From NCBI GenBank assembly GCA_050633245.1, contig JBOEGD010000001.1, positions 32,001 to 96,000 of the forward strand: a DNA stretch of 64,000 nt, in the 5' to 3' direction. Position numbers and translations under genes: made by a program. This DNA is from Calditrichia bacterium. Lineage in GTDB: Bacteria; Calditrichota; Calditrichia; RBG-13-44-9; J075. Shown here piece by piece: positions 58,945 through 64,000 of the stretch. How positions within the stretch are numbered: the first letter of the stretch is position 1; the number at the start of each line of letters is the position of its first letter. Under the pieces are notes generated by a model, which saw only the letters and a program-made list of their open reading frames with translations, had not been told where the DNA came from and ran no database searches.

Positions 58945-61881
58945 ATGTCAAATTTGAAATTAGCTGACTTTTTTGCAGACCTGACAAGAATCACCGAGGG
59001 AGAAGTGCGTACCGATGACTATACCCGCCTTCTTTACAGTACCGATGCGAGTATGTATCAGGTTATGCCGCATGGCGTCTTTTTCCCGCGCCATGTGGAA
59101 GATATTCATGCGGCCATGGAGCTGGCACATTCCTATCGCGTCCCCGTTCTACCCCGTACTGCCGGGAGTAGTTTAGCAGGACAAGCAGTGAATGAGGCGT
59201 TGATAATCGATGTAACTCGTCATCTTGATTCCATTGTTGAAGTAAACGTCGAAGAAAAATGGGTGCGCGTACAGCCCGGCGTAGTACTCGATCACCTCAA
59301 CTCACATTTGTCAGCTTATGGCCTGAAGTTTGGCCCGGATCCTGCGAGCGCAAATCGTGCGGGAATGGGTGGAATTGTTGGGAATAACTCAACAGGCTCT
59401 CACTCTATTTTGTATGGGATGACGGCCGATCATGTGCTGGAAACCGGCGGTGTGCTAAGCGATGGTAACGGATTTCATTTCAAGCCTATCGATGCAGATA
59501 TGCTGCGTCAAAAGGCAAGCCAAAGTGGATTGGAAGCGTCAATCTATCGCGGAATGTCTGAGATTCTCATGCAGGATGCAAATCGCGCTGCAATAAGTGC
59601 CGGGACCGCCAAACACTGGCGTCGCTGTGGCGGTTATAATTTGGATCGGTTTGTGGAATCCGATCTGAGTTATGGCTATCCGCGTCGGGATACACGCTTT
59701 AATTTGTCCAGCCTTATTTGCGGTTCGGAAGGTACTCTCGGTGTTATGACCGACATTAAAGTGGGGCTCGTTGATGTGCCGAAGTCCACGGGCTTTGTGT
59801 TGTTGATGTTTAACGAGCTGAAAGCAGCGCTTGCCGCTGTGCCGACAATCCTCGAAGCAAACCCGTCGGCCATTGAACTGATCGATCATGTTTCACTGCG
59901 CATGTGTCGTCAGATGCCCGAACTTGCACGAATGCTGCGAAGTTTTGCCGACGATAGTGTTTACTGCATCCTGGCTACGGAGTTCTATGGGGCAACGGAG
60001 TCAGAGATTCAAGGCAGTGTCGCCAATCTGCGAAAGAGGCTCGCCGGTGCATCCATTAAATGCGATTTTAAACAGCTTAAAGATCCAAGACTCCAACAAA
60101 ATGTCTGGGCAGTGCGCAAGGCAGGACTTGGTTTGTTAATGAGCGTACGAGGCGATTATAAGCCAGTGCCGTTTATTGAAGACTCTGCTGTTCCACCGGA
60201 AAATCTCGTTGAATATGTGTCAGGAATTGAGAACTTCTGTAAGGATCTCGGTACAGATGTTATTTACTACGCTCATGCGTCTGCCGGTTGCCTGCATATT
60301 CGCCCGATGATAAATGCCAAACTGGGAAGTGAAGTCGAAAAACTCCCGAAGATTTCGCAATTTGCGGTGAAGATGATTCGTCAATATGGCGGAGTTGTCT
60401 CCAGTGAACATGGAGACGGCAAAGCGCGCAGCTGGCTGAATGAATCGTTTTACGGGCCTGAACTGTATGGGATTTTTAAGCAGGTTAAAGGTCTGTTCGA
60501 TCCACATAATTTGATGAACCCCGGTAATGTGGTCGATGCACCTGCAATGACAGAGAACCTGCGCTATGGGGATGGATATTCTTCCCTTCCGGTAGAAACC
60601 CATTTCGATTTTTCGGATCAAGAGGGGTTTGAGCGTGCGGTGGAGATGTGTAATGGCGCCGGTGTTTGTCGTAAGTTAAAGGGGGGCACGATGTGTCCCA
60701 GCTTTATGGCAACGCGCGATGAAGAACACAGTACGCGTGGACGAGCCAATGCGTTGCGTGGTGTGCTTTCCGGTCGGCTTGATGCTGGCGAGCTCACCAG
60801 CGCACGCATGTATAAGGTGATGGAACTTTGCATTGGTTGCAAGGGCTGTAAGGCCGAATGTCCTTCGTCAGTTGATATGGCGCGCATAAAGTCTGAATTT
60901 ATGGCAGCTTATAATAAGCGGCATGGGCTTTCTCTGCGTAGCCGTCTGATGGGTGGCATCGCGCAAACGAGTCGACTTACCGCCGGTTTGCTGGCACCGC
61001 TGGCAAATGGTATGATGAAGTTGTCGTTCAGCAAACTTATGCTGGATAAAATGCTCGGTATCTCATCACGCAGAAGCCTACCAACCTTCGCCAGACAGTC
61101 CTATCTACAGTGGTATAAGAAGCGTCGGCCTGCTGCCGGCTCCGCCGGGCGTGTCGTGCTCTTTCACGATACGTTTAATACCTACAACGATCCGCATATC
61201 GCCATAGCCGCGACTGAAATTCTTGAAGCAGCAGGTTATGAAATCGTTTTGCCCGGCCATCGCTGCTGTGGGCGACCTATGATTTCACTCGGCATGCTGG
61301 ACGAGGCAAAAGCTCTGGCGGAAGACACCGTTTCTAAACTTGCCGGCTATGCACGCGAGGGATTACCGATTGTTGGTCTCGAACCGAGCTGCTTATTGAC
61401 GCTGCGAGATGAGTATTTGCACTTGCTACCGAATAATGCTGATGCCCGACTGGTTGCGGAAAAAAGCATGCTGTTTGATGAGTTCTTTTTACAGATGAAG
61501 GAATCAAATACCCTGCCTCAGTTTACACAGCAAGAGCGCGAAGCAGTAACGATTCACGGGCACTGTCATCAAAAGGCGCTATGCGGGATGAAAGAGCAGA
61601 CTCAGATGTTAACAGCTGCCGGTTACGATTGTCATTTGCTTGACACCGGTTGTTGCGGAATGGCCGGTGCTTTTGGCTACGAATCGGAACATGTCGATAT
61701 CTCGCTAAAAATGGCCGAGCTTAATTTGTTACCTGCCCTGCGTGAGTTAAAGCCGGATGCTCTCATTGCCGCAAGCGGAACGAGCTGTCGTCATCAAATT
61801 ACCGATGGCTGTGGCAAATATGCCCTACACCCTGTTGAACTGGTAAAGCGTCGCCTGAAGAGTGGCGACCAAGAAAAGTAG
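58945..61881 (+). CDS. FAD-binding, Fe-S-containing 2-hydroxyacid oxidoreductase (GlcD + GlpC/CCG fusion, YdiJ-like)
   Basis: YSTDAS, GSSLAGQA, GSEGTLG, HASAGCLH, SEHGDG, CNGAGVC, CIGCKGCKAECP, two CCG motifs. Confidence 0.9.
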   Translation: MSNLKLADFFADLTRITEGEVRTDDYTRLLYSTDASMYQVMPHGVFFPRHVEDIHAAMELAHSYRVPVLPRTAGSSLAGQAVNEALIIDVTRHLDSIVEVNVEEKWVRVQPGVVLDHLNSHLSAYGLKFGPDPASANRAGMGGIVGNNSTGSHSILYGMTADHVLETGGVLSDGNGFHFKPIDADMLRQKASQSGLEASIYRGMSEILMQDANRAAISAGTAKHWRRCGGYNLDRFVESDLSYGYPRRDTRFNLSSLICGSEGTLGVMTDIKVGLVDVPKSTGFVLLMFNELKAALAAVPTILEANPSAIELIDHVSLRMCRQMPELARMLRSFADDSVYCILATEFYGATESEIQGSVANLRKRLAGASIKCDFKQLKDPRLQQNVWAVRKAGLGLLMSVRGDYKPVPFIEDSAVPPENLVEYVSGIENFCKDLGTDVIYYAHASAGCLHIRPMINAKLGSEVEKLPKISQFAVKMIRQYGGVVSSEHGDGKARSWLNESFYGPELYGIFKQVKGLFDPHNLMNPGNVVDAPAMTENLRYGDGYSSLPVETHFDFSDQEGFERAVEMCNGAGVCRKLKGGTMCPSFMATRDEEHSTRGRANALRGVLSGRLDAGELTSARMYKVMELCIGCKGCKAECPSSVDMARIKSEFMAAYNKRHGLSLRSRLMGGIAQTSRLTAGLLAPLANGMMKLSFSKLMLDKMLGISSRRSLPTFARQSYLQWYKKRRPAAGSAGRVVLFHDTFNTYNDPHIAIAATEILEAAGYEIVLPGHRCCGRPMISLGMLDEAKALAEDTVSKLAGYAREGLPIVGLEPSCLLTLRDEYLHLLPNNADARLVAEKSMLFDEFFLQMKESNTLPQFTQQEREAVTIHGHCHQKALCGMKEQTQMLTAAGYDCHLLDTGCCGMAGAFGYESEHVDISLKMAELNLLPALRELKPDALIAASGTSCRHQITDGCGKYALHPVELVKRRLKSGDQEK

Positions 61882-61952
61882 AGATTTCTGCCTAATCTGA
61901 CCGTATATTATCCTCTTATAAACTTACTGAACGAATAAAAGGAAATACTCTC

Positions 61953-62576
61953 ATGTTGTCGTTTCAAGAGATGATAACGTATGCTCCGGTTGCAACTCTG
62001 GTTCTAATCTCTACCATCGCTATCAGCCTACATGCCCTATATAACGATCAGCAGTTGCTGTATCGCATGATGCTGCATCCTTACAGTGTCTTTCGCAACA
62101 AGCAGTATGAACTACTGGTGACGCACGGTTTTATACATGCAGACATTGCGCATCTGGCGTTTAATATGTTCACATTCTACTTCTTTGGTATCGCACTGGA
62201 ACTTCACGTGGGACATATTGGCTTCATCATTGTCTATTTTGGGTCGATGTTGGCGAGTGCCTTAATAACCTCCTGGCAGCGAAAAAACAATGAGGAACAT
62301 CGTAGCCTTGGTGCTTCGGGTGCTGTATCCGGCGCCTTGTTGGGGTTTATCCTCTTCCAACCAACGGCATCACTTTACATGATGTTTATTCCGATACCGA
62401 TTCCGGCCTGGCTGTTCGCAATTGCATATATTGGTTATAGTTATTATGCGTCTCAAAATCAGCGTTCGAGGATTGATCATGCAGCGCATTTGTGGGGGGC
62501 GGTAGCTGGTGTGGTACTTACTTTGTTAATAAAGCCGTCAGCGCTCGGCACCTTTATAAGTCAGATGTTTGGTTAA
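61953..62576 (+). CDS. Rhomboid intramembrane serine protease
   Basis: THGFIHAD..HL.FNM, GASGA (Ser), HAAHLWG (His). Confidence 0.92.
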   Translation: MLSFQEMITYAPVATLVLISTIAISLHALYNDQQLLYRMMLHPYSVFRNKQYELLVTHGFIHADIAHLAFNMFTFYFFGIALELHVGHIGFIIVYFGSMLASALITSWQRKNNEEHRSLGASGAVSGALLGFILFQPTASLYMMFIPIPIPAWLFAIAYIGYSYYASQNQRSRIDHAAHLWGAVAGVVLTLLIKPSALGTFISQMFG

Positions 62577-62587
62577 AACATCTGACT

Positions 62588-62893
62588 TTATCGTTCGATG
62601 GGAAAAAGCTGATACAGCTTGATATAGTGAAACAGTTCATAAATCTGATCATTTATTCCCTTCACACGCATCTTTCTTCCTTTGGACAGACAGTCCTTGA
62701 AGAATACAATTAGCTTGCCGATTGCAGAGCTGGCGATAAATGTTACGAAGGACATGTTAAAAACCACCTCAGTATAATCAAGCGCCAACAATTCCTGCAG
62801 ATTCTCCCGTAGTTCATCAGACATTTCATTGCCGATGGCACCAGTCATGGTTACATGAAGAATATTACTTTCCTGTTGAAATGAAAACTGCAT
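62588..62893 (-). CDS. STAS-domain anti-sigma factor antagonist
   Basis: VVFNMSFVTFIASSAIG (phospho-Ser motif); AAGGA RBS before MQFSF. Confidence 0.85.
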   Translation of the reverse strand: MQFSFQQESNILHVTMTGAIGNEMSDELRENLQELLALDYTEVVFNMSFVTFIASSAIGKLIVFFKDCLSKGRKMRVKGINDQIYELFHYIKLYQLFPIER

Positions 62894-63193
62894 CTTTGCT
62901 ATCCTTTTTGCTATGAAGACTTTTGTTTGTATTGAAATCTTCGACCGATTCAGTACTTCCGTTAGCACAAATATTCAACTAAGCCGCTCGCCTGAATTTG
63001 CTCTTTGCTACATCTTGTTGTATTAAAAGGATCGGCATGAATTGTGGCGGGTTAATAAAATAGTAAAGAGAATATTCACGACTGAATAGACTTCCTGCTT
63101 TTGTTTGTAACGATAGAAGAAAAGAAAAAGCCGCTCGCAAATAAATGATGACGGCTCTATCAGAAGGCAGGAAAAATAAGCGGGGAAATGCAG

Positions 63194-64000
63194 CTAGTTA
63201 CCGCCTGGAAAAACGGGGTCTGGAATTCCGGGTGTTGTATCGCCTGGATCACCACCACTATCGGCCGGATTAGCCAATAGAAAATATGCCGCAGCTCCTG
63301 CTACGACAGCTCCACCACCTGCAACAAATAGCCATACTTTTTTGCCATTTCCTTGCTGCGCTTCTTCGAGCACTATCGGCTCTGCTGGTTCTTTAACTAC
63401 CGATTTGCTTCGTTGAAGCACGACATAAAGAGATTTCGATTCACCGGGGTTTAAGCGAATAAGGTTTTCATAAGCTTCATAACCCTTCTTTTGCACACGA
63501 ATACGATAGGTAGCAGCAGGCAGCCGCCGATTTTGCTGCACCGAAAGGTCTACCAACTCATCATTGATATATACCAGTGCATCCTCCGGCACCATTTTTA
63601 GATTCAATTCAGACAATGCTTCTGAGCCTGTAGAGCGATCGCTGCTGCCAAGAATGTCCGCGCGATAGGCTTTTACTTCCTTGGGTTTAAAAAAGATGCG
63701 TTTGGCAACCGCAACGAATCCCTTTGCTCGAATGGTGATACGATGCGTTCCCGGAGCCAATACGATGTGCCAAGTGCCCGGACTGCGCTGCTCGGTAGAG
63801 TAGATCTGATTATTGGTCTCGAAGCTGAGATCAGGGATTTGCGATGTAACAATAAGTAATGCCCGTTCTGGATTACGAATAATTGTAGTTCGCATCTCCT
63901 GAGACTCACTAATATCTTTCAGCGCCATCTTACCCAAAATTTGCTGCGCGTAGAGCGTGGAAGACAAACACAATCCCAATGAAATGAGGAATAAGAAACG
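63194..64000 (-). CDS. PEGA-domain protein (5' end lies beyond the window)
   Basis: Frame open to the window edge. PEGA-like P.DA.VYIND..Y.I.V.K.GY and PGTHRITIRAKGF; C-terminal TM. Confidence 0.75.
   Translation of the reverse strand, partial: RFLFLISLGLCLSSTLYAQQILGKMALKDISESQEMRTTIIRNPERALLIVTSQIPDLSFETNNQIYSTEQRSPGTWHIVLAPGTHRITIRAKGFVAVAKRIFFKPKEVKAYRADILGSSDRSTGSEALSELNLKMVPEDALVYINDELVDLSVQQNRRLPAATYRIRVQKKGYEAYENLIRLNPGESKSLYVVLQRSKSVVKEPAEPIVLEEAQQGNGKKVWLFVAGGGAVVAGAAAYFLLANPADSGGDPGDTTPGIPDPVFPGGN

Overview
This 64-kb bacterial window is gene-dense and mostly housekeeping. Gene content suggests an FCB-group organism, possibly Calditrichota- or Ignavibacteria-like (inference from the fused PilMN/PilOP genes, an MGQQQ-type pilin and gldC). 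It holds the end of a type IV pilus operon, rluD-like/rsmB/gltA, several metallopeptidases, ppgK, lon-dnaJ, a SWIM-SNF2 helicase, a mobile-mystery A/B pair, two azurin-like lipoproteins, rfaE2-mltD, a cluster of three peptide ligases plus an aminopeptidase, typA-tsaB-rimI-moeA, a PDZ-GAF-PP2C phosphatase, a lexA/alkylation-repair operon, GH57, gldC, an FAD/Fe-S oxidoreductase, a rhomboid, a STAS protein and a PEGA protein. I saw no rRNA, tRNA, CRISPR array or intact transposase. Four leads stand out. (1) A palindromic operator (GTGAAC/GTATAC-N4-GTTCAC) sits in the same two-box promoter layout in front of lexA and in front of an uncharacterised 4-gene cassette: small protein, DUF2637-like membrane protein with HTH, catalytically dead tyrosine recombinase, VOC protein. 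This is a candidate new SOS-controlled system. (2) A LexA C-terminal paralog lacking the catalytic Lys lies directly behind lexA. (3) An orphan, highly structured ~170-nt RNA resembles an IS110 left-end (bridge RNA) region but has no transposase. (4) The ATP-grasp/YbdK/ATP-grasp-like/aminopeptidase cluster makes an unknown product. All calls are from reading the sequence by eye; no searches or folding programs were run.
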